Source of the DNA: Eledone cirrhosa
Taxonomy: Eukaryota
Assembly (NCBI GenBank): GCA_964016885.1
Contig: OZ024741.1
Span: forward strand, 84,754,001 to 84,818,000
Direction of reading: 5' to 3'
Length of the DNA: 64,000 nucleotides
Position 1 is the stretch's first letter; each line of letters begins with the position of its first letter. The notes beneath the pieces are model-generated. The model had not been told where the DNA came from, ran no database searches, and saw only the letters and a program-made list of their open reading frames with translations. The position numbers were made by a program, and so were the translations under genes. Below are positions 24,677 to 38,932 of this stretch, in pieces.

Positions 24677-27316
24677 CCTTACTTGCGTTAAAGTTTATTG
24701 TTTATTTTTGTCCCGTAAGCGATTTATAGAATTCTACCAGGCGCGACGAATATACGTACTAGGGTCCATATAATCAACGACATTTCTTAACGACGATGGC
24801 CTAGGATGACCGCAGTCTAATGATTGAAAACGGTAAATGAATAAGCATATATAGAGATTCTTGACACCGAATAAATTATCGATCGCTTTGTCTCAGGATA
24901 GCCCCTACAGAAAATGTAAACTCGGCACTCTATGATAATATAAATCTCTCCAAGTTTAGAATATTATGAAATATTAAGGCACCAATTTGGAATCCAGTCT
25001 GGTATCAGGTATATTACTTGCCTTCTCTAGAGATTTCAGATCCTGATGGAATTGTAGTGTAATCACCATAACTTGGGGCTTCAATGTGCCATTAACCTTA
25101 TCTTATGTTTTTGAGTGATGAGGAGAGAATCAGACAGATGAATTAACCTATGGATTCTCCTGGCCAAACCTACGGGAAAAAGTATTGCATGTCTTTTTTC
25201 TTGGCACTGAAATTGTGTTTCAGAATACATGCCCCTTATCCCTATATATGATCAGTGGTGACTTAAAGAATTGGTGCCAGAAACTTATTTAGCCGTAAGT
25301 CACTCGCTTAAAATGCTTTAAATGTTGTAGGACCTATAAAGAAAAACCTTTAATAAAGACCAAACCTTCAAACATTAAATTTTTTTTTTTATTTAAACAG
25401 AATTCCACATTCCAATATGTTCTTTCATTATTTTAACCCTTTATATCGATTAATGAATAATTTTAATGGATTTACTGAAATCATTAACATGTTTCTTAGT
25501 AAAATTATTCTGGATATTTCTGTCTTTATTTATATAAGAACCCTTTAAAATTGGTGATTTTCTTCATTGAACTAGAGTTGGTTTTGACTGATTTGGTATC
25601 GAAGGATGAAAATTGCAATGCGTGTATGTACGTGTGTGTGATTGTGTGTGTGATTGTGTGTGTGTGTGTATCTGTCTCCTAAATCTAGTCTTTCAAGCAA
25701 CCAAGTGGAGATGTTACCGTTATTTTTTACATACACTGTGTTTATCAGTTGAAGCCGGTTCACTTCAATCCCACGGCTATTATCTTTGAGATTCGCATGA
25801 AACAACATCACAGCATCAAACAATTTCATTATGTTCTATAAATATGTGTAACCATGTCTGGAAAATAAGAGATCAATAGTTTAACTGCTTTTACGAAAAT
25901 TAGAACATAGTTATATATTGTTATTTACTAATTCAGTTGGTGACAATGACGAATCACTTTTCGTTGTCTTAATGTAAACTGAAATTAGAATTTGAATTAG
26001 AATTAGGAACTAGAAACACAAAGTATTTATGCTAAGAGTTACAGTTAAACCAACCATCCATTTGAACAGATTTGAACAATTTAATGGAAAGCGGACACAC
26101 AGAGTGAATCAAGTGTGAAATACGTGAATAAATACACTTCCATTATAAATTTATGGTATCGAAGTATTGTTTTTTTCCCAGACTTTTTTTATCTATGCAA
26201 ATCAATAAAACATTTAGAATATATTGAATATAAAAATGTTCTCGTCTCTTTACTATATTTAAAATTCAACTTATATTTTGTCAACACCATCTTCAACACC
26301 TTCACCAACAATACCACCAGCATTAACACAACCATCTCCTACACAAGATACCATGAATACCATCACCATCACCATCCTAACCATTACCATCTCCACCATC
26401 ACTGTGACGACCATCACCACCATCAAAACCCAAAGCATCATCATCATTGTCACTACCAACACCAACATCATCCCCTACAACCGTATCCTAGAACCAAACA
26501 GAATTAACACTGAATAAATAAATAAATAAATAAGTAACGCAGAATATTCGTGTTGTTATTTCTAAGGTTTCCGTTCATGCATTCTGTTATAAAATTAAAC
26601 CAAACATGCACCTTAGGTGTGCTACTATTAAAGTTCTATTTTAAAGTAATAAGGAATAATTAAAGAAACCATAAGTTTTAATTTCAACATTTCTATTGAC
26701 AAAAGTAACTTAGAAATCAAATGGATAAAACAAAAGCGTAAATTAGGAAACATAAGACAGAAAAATAAAACGAAGTACAATTTATATAACAACAGTTCTT
26801 AATCTTACTGGGTTACTGCTTCAGGTAGTTTTTCATTAAATTTAAAAATGATTATTTTATTTTATTGCAAACTAACATTTTAAAACAATAATTTAATTTT
26901 CCTAACTTCTTAATTTTCAGCTTTCATCCTTAATTTTCTTCGTATTTTTTATTTATTTATTGTTTTGCAATCTTATTAGTTTTATTTGCTATTTTGGGGG
27001 GTCTGTGGAGTATAAGGTGTGTCGAATGTGAATGCAATGAGGGAGTTGGGTTTTGTGTGCCATTTTAGTAAGATTGAATTGAAACCACATCACATACTTC
27101 CCTATTGTATACACACATATATATGTGTCTGTGTGTTTGTGTGCGTGTGTAAATGCATATATAATGTATGTAAATGTATATACATGTATATATATATGTA
27201 TATAAATAATGTGTATATATATATATATATTTATATATACATATATATACATATATATATATATACATATATATATGTGTGTGTGTGTGTACATTAATAT
27301 ATATGTATGTATGTAC

Positions 27317-27368
<52 letters not shown>

Positions 27369-28324
27369 CTTTCTTTGAGAACGTTATGTAAAGCCATTAT
27401 TTTATTAATATTTCACATCTTTCAACATGGTGTTTCACAGCCAGAAAAGTTTTCTTCTTTTTTTTTCTTGGATTGGCATTTCGTTTGCTTGTTATTTAAA
27501 AGTTGTTTTCTCTTTTTTTCAGATTTCTAGTTATTTTGAATCATTACACAGTATTGCTTAACCATTTTAAATCCATCAGTGGTATAGTGGTGGTGGGGGT
27601 GAATGACACTATGTTTATAAGACACCAGAAACAGTGAAGTGGTGAACAGACAAAATGTAGTTTTGCGTTCTGAGTTCAATTTAATTCGCTGAAATTTTGG
27701 ATTCGATAATATAAAATGTAATGCTATTCAAGTACTTGCGTTGATTTATTCGATTTTCTCTTTCTTTCTAAATTTACTGGTCTTGTGCCTCAATTAGAAA
27801 CCAGTTACTAAGCGACTGTGTTGATGATAAGAATATTCAAAACTTCTCGTCTATCAAGCACGTACTACCGTCAATTTCGACGAGGAGTGTTTCAGTTGTC
27901 TAATTAACGGAACAGTATGCTAAAGAAATGAATAAGTAAGTGACTGAGCATTCCACAGAATGTTCTCTTAATTTAATTTTAAGGAAATTAGGAAATTTCA
28001 GCAGGACGCGACTCGCCTTTGTAAAATACAGGTGCACCCGACTAGATTCCAAATTGTTTCCGTCTTCAATCAAACGGAATCGTGCGATCTGAGGCTATGC
28101 TTATACTTGTCCAGGATGCTATGGAACTCGGAACATAATGAGTGCGAAATGAACTCCTTAGCCATTCGGCTATTTTGCGGCCACGTCTTAGAATATATTT
28201 TGAATTATCTTCATTTCTTAGTGTGTCGGTTGAGAAATATTTCGCTTCTACGTCAAGCAGTTTATATTACCGTATAGAGGCTTTCACTTTATGTTATTCT
28301 TGTTCTTGCTGATATTAATAACTG

Positions 28325-28622
28325 TTTCTACTTTAGGCACAAGGCCAGCAATTTGAAGGCGAGAGGAAAGTCGATTAAATTGACTCTGTGCTACGAAGAT
28401 ATAGTGTCCTGCCAATCGATCGCTCTTGGGTCCTGATTTAGACTCAAGGGCAACAATTTTGGAGGAGGAGAAAGTCGATGGAATCAACCTCAGTGCATTA
28501 CTGGTACTTTATTTATCGACTGCGTGCGGATGAAAGGCAAAGCTAACCTCAGCAGGATTTGAACTCAGATCGTGTCATAAAGCATGTTGTCCGACGCTCC
28601 TCTGATATAGCCAATCCACCGC
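28325..28622 (-). mobile_element. tRNA-derived SINE (with partial extra tail)
   Basis: ctggtactttatttatcgac..gatgaaaggcaaag..ggatttgaactcag. Confidence 0.7.
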
Positions 28623-29174
28623 TCTTGCTGTTATCAATAATGCCCCAAATTCTACACTGCATATCAAACGAAATATCAAAGGCATTGCCAGCCGTTAACG
28701 ACCTGAATTGATAATGCTTCTTAGGTACAGTATTGACCCTGTCAACAATCACGTATGCGATTTTCTTTAGGACAAGTAATGATTGCAGGGAGCCGTAGCT
28801 GTTATATCTAGCATGCATACCGACCACGTAGATGCTTCATGTCTACTGTTAAAATTTCAATTAATTTATTGTATCGTTAAATTGTTACGATAGTAGTATG
28901 TTAATAGCCCCACAGACTTAGGTTTTTATATGCTATTTTATATATATACATATATATACTTTGATAAGTTTGATAACTTTGATAGGTTTCGGCCAGTATT
29001 AGCCCAGGCCATGTCTAACTTAAAAGCACCACCTGGCGAAGTCTTACAAATTAGGATTTGGGCACCATGGCCCACTCGAGCAGAGAGTTATTGTTTACGG
29101 AGGCATATCCGGGTGTAGGAGGCTTTTCCGGGATTTCTTGAAGGAATTTGTCCAAAGATTTCTATATATGTATA

Positions 29175-31761
<2,587 letters not shown>

Positions 31762-32079
31762 GTTCTGCAAATACTTGTGAATTTGCACGTAGCGGAACTA
31801 GGCTGCAGTACCACCGTGGAAACACTTGTAAGCACACGGAATAAACTACCTTTTTATGATGTCTACCTGTTATTATTCATTCTTTATATACACTCCGGAA
31901 TACTGAAGGATCAGGAACTAAGTTTCTTGAACAATTCTTCCATAACTCGTAGAGTAACCTCTTACCGTACGTCAACCATATCCAGTGTAGTAATTAACCA
32001 TCACTGCATCTTGGATAATCCTATACCTAATAATCGTCTCCTACATAGTTGAGCAACCACATCGACACACGGCATTAAT

Positions 32080-34407
32080 ATGGAAAGGCATCATATAGGT
32101 ATGTCACTTAAAAACATACCTATACCTAACAAAAGGGAATATATTCTCAGTATGATTCAACGCAGTAACGACTTCATTCGGCGTGTACGATGGAAAGCTT
32201 TCCACTTCGATAAAGGACGCGCCAATCACTCGTCTGAATCATATGGTTTTAAATCATGTAAAAACCCACCTACAAACCCTCACCTCGAAGCTTTCGAACA
32301 GGACTTATTGAAAACTACCATGAACATTAAGTTCAACAGACATAGAAATAATGAGCTGCAGAACAACATGAAAGCACTACTCCGAAGATTGCAAAATACC
32401 AATGGAATTGTTGTGAAAGCTGACAAGACTTCTAACGTGTATACCATGGATATCGATACGTATAATAACTTCATACGCAACGAACTACACAAAAAATATA
32501 GAAAAACAAATGAAACTACGCTAGCAAATATTAACAACGAGGCATACAAAGTGGTAAAGAATCTCAAGATAGACGATAGAACCGAGCCGATTATACCCGC
32601 TACCCCCACCTTCAACCTGAAGGACCATAAGGTAAATTTTGACTCTAACCCTAAGATTAGACTTATATGCCCTTCTAAATCAGACATAGGGAAAATTAGT
32701 AAACATATACTTGACAGAGTAATAACTCAAGTGAAAAAGAAAATTGAAATTAAATTATGGGGCAACACTAGCGAAGCAATTCGCTGGTTTAATAATGTTA
32801 AGAATAAGAATAAATCTAAGTTTATACAATTTGACATAGACGAATACTACTCTTCCATCTCACCAAGCACTTTACGTAAGGCCCTATCGTTTGCTAAGGC
32901 CAATTCCGACCTAACGGAGGAAGAAATTAATATTATTCTCGAGGCTAGAAAAACCATTATTAAGTTCGATAACTGCTACTGGGAACGTAAGGACAGACCC
33001 ACAAATTTCGATATTACCATGGGTTCCAACGACTCGGCGGAGGTCACGGATCTCGTGGGAATTTACATAGCCCACATATTACATAGTAGATTTAGTAATC
33101 TACAGGGGGGGATATATAGAGATGACGGGCTCTTATTAGTTAATAACTTGAATAACCAAAATCTTGAAAGGCTACGGAAAAATATTAGAAAATCTTTTAG
33201 TGAACTGGGCCTAAAAATAACATACGAATACAATCTTAAGGTAGTAAACTTTCTGGACGTAACTCTTAATTTAAATACCGGACAGATACGACCCTTCCAC
33301 AAGGTAAATGAGAACCTTACGTATATTGACTTTAACTCTAACCACCCACTCTCCATGATCAAATCAGTTCCCCGGAGTATTTCTCTTAGAATCTCTCGCC
33401 TATCGTCTAACTCTGATATTTTTAGCGAACATGCTGAATACTACAATAATGCATTAAGGAATGCTGACCACCGGGATACAATAGAATACATCGATAGTAA
33501 TTTCCACAACACACATAGCTCTACACGTAATCAAGGTATACGTAACCGGGGGACTAAAACACAAGCACACACACACTATACTACCAGACATACTAATAAT
33601 AGAAGTTCACCACCAAATAAATCACGTTGTAGAAAGTATATCTGGTATAATCCTATTTTTAATGCCTCGATTAGTACAAAACTATCTCTTTCATTCTTTA
33701 AATTAATCAATAAACACTTCCCTAGTTCCCATAAGTACAGCAAAATTCTGAACTCCAAAACTATTAGACTATCATACTCCACGGCACCAAACCTTGAAGC
33801 ATACATAAAAAAACTTAACTTAAGGCAATTAAACAACTCTACAAAACAAAACATTTTAGTAACAGGTGGGCAGAACGCAATATCTGCCTCCCAACCACTA
33901 AATGGGAGACGGATATTGCACAACCCACCTGTACCGCTATCACAACCTATCCATGGTATACCCGCTACCCACAACAAAGCATGTAACTGCCATCTACCTG
34001 AAAGATGTCCATTGCAGAATGAATGCCTAAAGTCCAACATTGTTTACCAATGCACGGTTGAATCGGACGACCAGAAATGGTATTATATCGGATCTACCAC
34101 CACATCGTTTAAATCTCGCTGGTACCGTCATCGATTCTCAATCAAACATCAGAATCACCGTTTTGTGACCACGCTCGCCAACAAGACCTGGCAACTCCGT
34201 GAACACAACCAACAGTTCACCTTAAAATGGGATATACTTTCCAGCGCAAATGCATATCGGAGTGGTTTGAAGTACTGCAGGTTATGTAACCTTGAGCTAT
34301 TTTACATACTAAAATCCAAAAACAAACTACTTAACGATAGAATTGAACGATCATTATACTGCAACCACAAACTAAAAGCTAAATTCTCTCACTATAAAAT
34401 AACTTAA
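32080..34407 (+). CDS. PLE reverse transcriptase / GIY-YIG endonuclease (775 aa, intact)
   Basis: SLKNIPIP..FIRRVRWKA N-terminus, KADKT, QFDIDEYYSSI, ITMGS, YRDDGL, FLDVTL, CNC..CPL..C, NIVY..YYIG..FKSRWYRH, CRLC..E..LLN. Confidence 0.95.
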   Translation: MERHHIGMSLKNIPIPNKREYILSMIQRSNDFIRRVRWKAFHFDKGRANHSSESYGFKSCKNPPTNPHLEAFEQDLLKTTMNIKFNRHRNNELQNNMKALLRRLQNTNGIVVKADKTSNVYTMDIDTYNNFIRNELHKKYRKTNETTLANINNEAYKVVKNLKIDDRTEPIIPATPTFNLKDHKVNFDSNPKIRLICPSKSDIGKISKHILDRVITQVKKKIEIKLWGNTSEAIRWFNNVKNKNKSKFIQFDIDEYYSSISPSTLRKALSFAKANSDLTEEEINIILEARKTIIKFDNCYWERKDRPTNFDITMGSNDSAEVTDLVGIYIAHILHSRFSNLQGGIYRDDGLLLVNNLNNQNLERLRKNIRKSFSELGLKITYEYNLKVVNFLDVTLNLNTGQIRPFHKVNENLTYIDFNSNHPLSMIKSVPRSISLRISRLSSNSDIFSEHAEYYNNALRNADHRDTIEYIDSNFHNTHSSTRNQGIRNRGTKTQAHTHYTTRHTNNRSSPPNKSRCRKYIWYNPIFNASISTKLSLSFFKLINKHFPSSHKYSKILNSKTIRLSYSTAPNLEAYIKKLNLRQLNNSTKQNILVTGGQNAISASQPLNGRRILHNPPVPLSQPIHGIPATHNKACNCHLPERCPLQNECLKSNIVYQCTVESDDQKWYYIGSTTTSFKSRWYRHRFSIKHQNHRFVTTLANKTWQLREHNQQFTLKWDILSSANAYRSGLKYCRLCNLELFYILKSKNKLLNDRIERSLYCNHKLKAKFSHYKIT

Positions 34408-34900
34408 CATTCGAACCCGTAACTACAACACCACTTTCTAGCTAACAACCTTCTCTTCTCCCCCACACTACAAGACAATACACTGCTTATCACTATACAT
34501 GGTAACTCAGTACAATTCCTAGATTACTACTACAAAACCAAAAGTTCACTCACCACATATACTTTATCTGTCCCCTCTCTACCTATATATCTCTCTCTAC
34601 ATCCATTACACTCTCTCTCTCTCACCTTTGACCTACCTCCCTCTCAACATCTATGAACTTGACCTCTGGGGCAATAAATAATTCCGACCTCAACTATCTA
34701 CGCATCTCTCCAAAAGTAACTAATAAAACCCCTACCATAACATTTTGATTAAGATATCTACAAGCCACTCTCTCCTACTTCTCCAACCCCTGCATATCTT
34801 TCCTTCTCTCTCCATCTTCCCTACTTTTCTCTCTTCCTGTTCCACTCTATCTTCCCCAACAACCCCACTTAAGGGTTTTTACATTGTATATTTACCATTC

Positions 34901-35012
34901 TGCTCTGAGGAAACAGTGGTCACAGCATTGGATATTCGAGTTCTGCAAATACTTGTGAATTTGCACGTAGCGGAACTAGGCTGCAGTACCACCGTGGAAA
35001 CACTTGTAAGCA
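34901..35012 (+). ncRNA. Type I HHR with ~85-nt stem II (N1 pLTR)
   Basis: tgct CTGAGGA aacagtggt..accaccgtg GAAA cacttg TA agca. Confidence 0.78.
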
Positions 35013-35059
35013 CACGGAATAAACTACCTTTTTATGATGTCTACCTGTTATTATTCATT

Positions 35060-35093
<34 letters not shown>

Positions 35094-35186
35094 TCTTCGG
35101 TTCTTATATATTTGATATATATTTTCCTTATCGAGCCCTCTCTGGATTTTAGTCTTCAATTTTATTATTATTACTATATATATATA

Positions 35187-35263
<77 letters not shown>

Positions 35264-35264
<1 letters not shown>

Positions 35265-36948
35265 GGGATAACAGGTTATCGTTATGGCAGTCCACTTAGG
35301 TGTAGTCCAGTTGGGGTAGTTCTTGTAGTGGATAGGATTAACGCGTGGCTTAGTTTGACTCAACAAGACGTTTCCATAGCGATGCTGCGAGTTCGCGGTG
35401 ATTTCTATGTAGTTTATACTTGGAGTAATAATAATTCAAGAAAGAAGATTGACATAGTTCGCTATACAATAAGGGCTTTATTGACATTGCTGACAATTGT
35501 TTCTTTGATCTGGCAGATCTAGAATTCGCTATACGCCTGATTTTGCGCCAATCGAACTCCAATACTTTGTTTATAACCAGTCTGTTTCATCGGAGCGGGT
35601 GAAATGAAGAAAATACATAAGGCATGGTTTTTATATAAGTGTGGTATTAAACCAGAACAATAATATCAATAATAAAATAAAATAACTAGATAGCATACAA
35701 TTAAAATAATAATATCAATGTAAGTAAGAGATAGAGTATAATGGAGAATCTAGCATGTTAAACAGACTGATATGATACAGATGTATGGAATTGACATGTG
35801 AAAACTGCTATAGGGTACATTAGATGTAGTGATGGGGTAGCGACTAGATAACAGTAACCACTAAGATGTACTCGGAGACAGAATTTATGAGATATCCATA
35901 GGTATTCTAGCAATAAACCGGAGATTTACTTTTTATTTTTTTTATTATTTGACAGATAAACATTTTCGTTTGATTGATTTAGTGATGATGATAGTTTTTA
36001 TGTGGTGTTAAATAGAGTTGTAGATTCGTTATTTAATGGCCTATACTAAAGGTAGGGATTGTTAGTTCGAATCGTGAGGGTTTAGCATCAATAACAGCAT
36101 CAATAACAAATCGTGTATAAATAACAGAAGGTAGTAAAGTAGTAAAATGTGCATGGTAGGTATATAGAACATGAGGAATAATATTAGGGCTATATTGAGA
36201 TGTTCATAATAATAATAAGAATAATAAGAGGAAAGTGAGATTTCAAGGGGTGTAGGAGTAATAAAATAATGTACTTAGAATTAGGTTCGTCTGTTAGAAA
36301 TCGTGAGTGCTAATGAGAGATATAAATCCTTGGTCCGAAGTAGTGGGTAACAGCGAAGGAAGGATTGATTTATCGGCTGATAAGATAGTTGTAGACATCT
36401 TCTAGTGGGATAGAATTAGGTAGGCTATAAGGTATTTCTAGAAGATTATAGTTCCGTATTGGGCTGTGTGAGAAGGTATATTTCATATGTTGAAATCTAA
36501 GTGGTATTGGTTCGAATCACGGTGGTTTAAATCTCGCGAATTTTGTAGCAATTCTATGTCTGCAGAAAATTTACCTTTCTATTTTGCTGTTGAGTATCAT
36601 TTTATCGTTCCTTAAGATATGCAGCAATTCAAGGTTGCAGAGCCCGCAGTAGAACATACCTCTGCTATATGTCTTTGCGATATAGGGAAGTGCTTATCTA
36701 TTAGTTTAAAGAACGTAGAAGGCAGTTTAATTCTTATAGAGGAGTTGAAGATTGGATTAAACCAAAGGTATTTTATTTCTCTAGTTCTTCTATGAAACAG
36801 ACTGGTTATAAACAAAGTATTGGAGATCCATTGGCGCAAAATCAAGCGTATAGCGAACTCTAGACTTGCCAGATCAAAGACACAATTGTCATCAATGTGA
36901 ATAAAGCCCTTATTGTATAGCGAACCATGTCAATCTTCTTTCTTGAAT

Positions 36949-36950
<2 letters not shown>
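35264..36950. mobile_element. Decayed Naiad-like PLE (N4) on minus, with inverted partial pLTR at 36792-36950
   Basis: KYLWFNPIFNSSIRIKLPSTFFKLIDKHFP is homologous to N1; 35430-35590 is inverted at 36792-36950; (TA)n flanks. Confidence 0.8.
35489..35596 (-). ncRNA. Type I HHR with long stem II, U4C core (N4 pLTR)
   Basis: gct CCGATGA aacagactgg..ccagatcaaa GAAA caattg TC agc. Confidence 0.62.
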
Positions 36951-36998
<48 letters not shown>

Positions 36999-37621
36999 CA
37001 TATTTACATATATACATATATACATATATATACATATATATATATATACATATATATACATATATGTATATACATATATACATATATATATAAATATATA
37101 TGTATATATATATGTATATATATATATACATATATGTATATATATATATCATATAACAATATCATTTATTTATTTAATAACTGTCTATTACCGGTTTCAG
37201 CATTTTATGGGGGAAATTTGTATTGGTATAAAATGTAGGAGAGAAGAAAGGTGATGTTGAACATGTTAAGGAAATGGGAAAGAAAGAATAATATTATTTA
37301 CAAACAAGATTTTTAAGGTAAAAATAAAAAATAAAAAAGAAGGTGATGTGGAACATGATAAGGTAATGGGAAAGAAAGAATAATATTATTTACAGGCATA
37401 GTTCTTGAGGATAAGTAGTTCCAAAAGTGTAATTATGGTAAGAGTACTTGGTTGATCCATGCTAGAGGCAAATGGTAGTCTGGGATTGGATTTGTTTTCC
37501 CTGTGTAGGTAGTTAATATGCAGGGTGAGGTAATTATATACATATATATATATATATACATATTTATATATATACATATATATACATATATATATGTACA
37601 TATATATACATATATATATAC

Positions 37622-37654
<33 letters not shown>

Positions 37655-37906
37655 CATATATATACATAAATATATATATATATATACATATATATACATA
37701 TATATATATACATACATATAGACATATATATACATATATATACATATATATATACATACATATTAGAATCCACCACTGACCAGAGGCAGTGAACTTTTTC
37801 AGTGCTATGGAATTTAGTCCCCGCTAGCTTATTACATCCACTGAATTATTATTTTTATATGGGTTCCTAGTGTCCGCGCATTGCCTGGGAACTTAGCTGA
37901 GAATAG

Positions 37907-37988
37907 ACTCCCTGATGACGTAATGAAGTCTCGATAGTTACATTGTGTAACTATATTTATCCCATTACAGAAACTAATTAGTTGGAGT
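37907..37988 (+). ncRNA. Type I HHR in a ~280-bp TA-inserted element (37762-38045)
   Basis: actcc CTGATGA c-gtaatg..cattac-a GAAA ctaattag TT ggagt; inner hairpin atagttaca/tgtaactat. Confidence 0.82.
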
Positions 37989-38110
37989 GAAAATTTTAGT
38001 AAGTTAATTTTTAATTTTTAAAATTTTCTTATTTTACGTCTTTCATATATATATATATATACATATACATATACATATATATTTATATACATATATATAT
38101 ATATATTTAC

Positions 38111-38143
<33 letters not shown>

Positions 38144-38204
38144 CATATATATATACATATATATACATATATATATATACTAATTAGAATGGAAAAAGAC
38201 GGGT

Positions 38205-38276
38205 GATGTGTTGGTGTAAATGGTAGCACAGTGGTCCGGATAACCAAAGATGTGGGTTCGACTCCCATGTACATCA
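38205..38276 (+). other. tRNA-like cloverleaf inside a TA-inserted repeat (38181-38415)
   Basis: Acceptor GATGTGT/GTACATC, D-arm GTGT..GCAC with TGGTA, anticodon arm TGGT-CCGGATA-ACCA, T-arm GTGGG-TTCGACT-CCCAT. Non-canonical loop, so probably pseudo-tRNA or SINE head. Confidence 0.65.
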
Positions 38277-38486
38277 ATACACATCTTTTTCCATTTCTCC
38301 GAGGGTTCTTAACCCCACTATCAGGCTAAACAATTTCTTTAATTTCTTTAGTCAAAATAATAATTTCAAAATAAAAATTTCAAATCCACTCGCTGTTTCG
38401 AAAATATTCTTACATATATATATACATATATATATACATATATATATATATATATTTACATATATATATATATATACATACATATA

Positions 38487-38573
<87 letters not shown>

Positions 38574-38591
38574 GTATATATATATATATAT

Positions 38592-38830
38592 CTAGGGCGG
38601 GTAAAATTCCCGAGGTCCATGGACGAGTTCTCTCCAGCGGTCTCTGTCCCTCATTATCATTGCCATTCCCTGCGTCTCCAACAGACCTGTGTCTGTCCTT
38701 AGGGCATCAACATATGTTAACCTCGGTCTTCCTCTTCCAGTATGTCCATGCAAGCGTTCCCACAAGGACATTGAGTGCAGTGTCAACTCTGGATGTCGGT
38801 GATCATGTCCGGCTAACCTTAGTCTGTGGG
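38592..38830 (-). mobile_element. 3' fragment of an RTE-clade LINE
   Basis: [31 protein letters not shown] is a typical RTE C-terminus. Confidence 0.7.
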
Positions 38831-38881
38831 GCTATTAACATAGTACTATCGTAACAGTTTAAACAATTTATGTATATGTAT

Positions 38882-38932
<51 letters not shown>

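Noticed and set aside
26115-26517. His/Thr-rich ORFs
   Set aside because: Degenerate (CAC/CAT)n low-complexity tract
24700-28900. Possible host exons in unique-looking DNA
   Set aside because: No recognisable protein similarity or supportable splice pattern by eye; small exons cannot be excluded
38205-38276. Functional tRNA-Ser(GGA)
   Set aside because: C at position 33, no long variable arm, several G-U pairs, and embedded in a repeat
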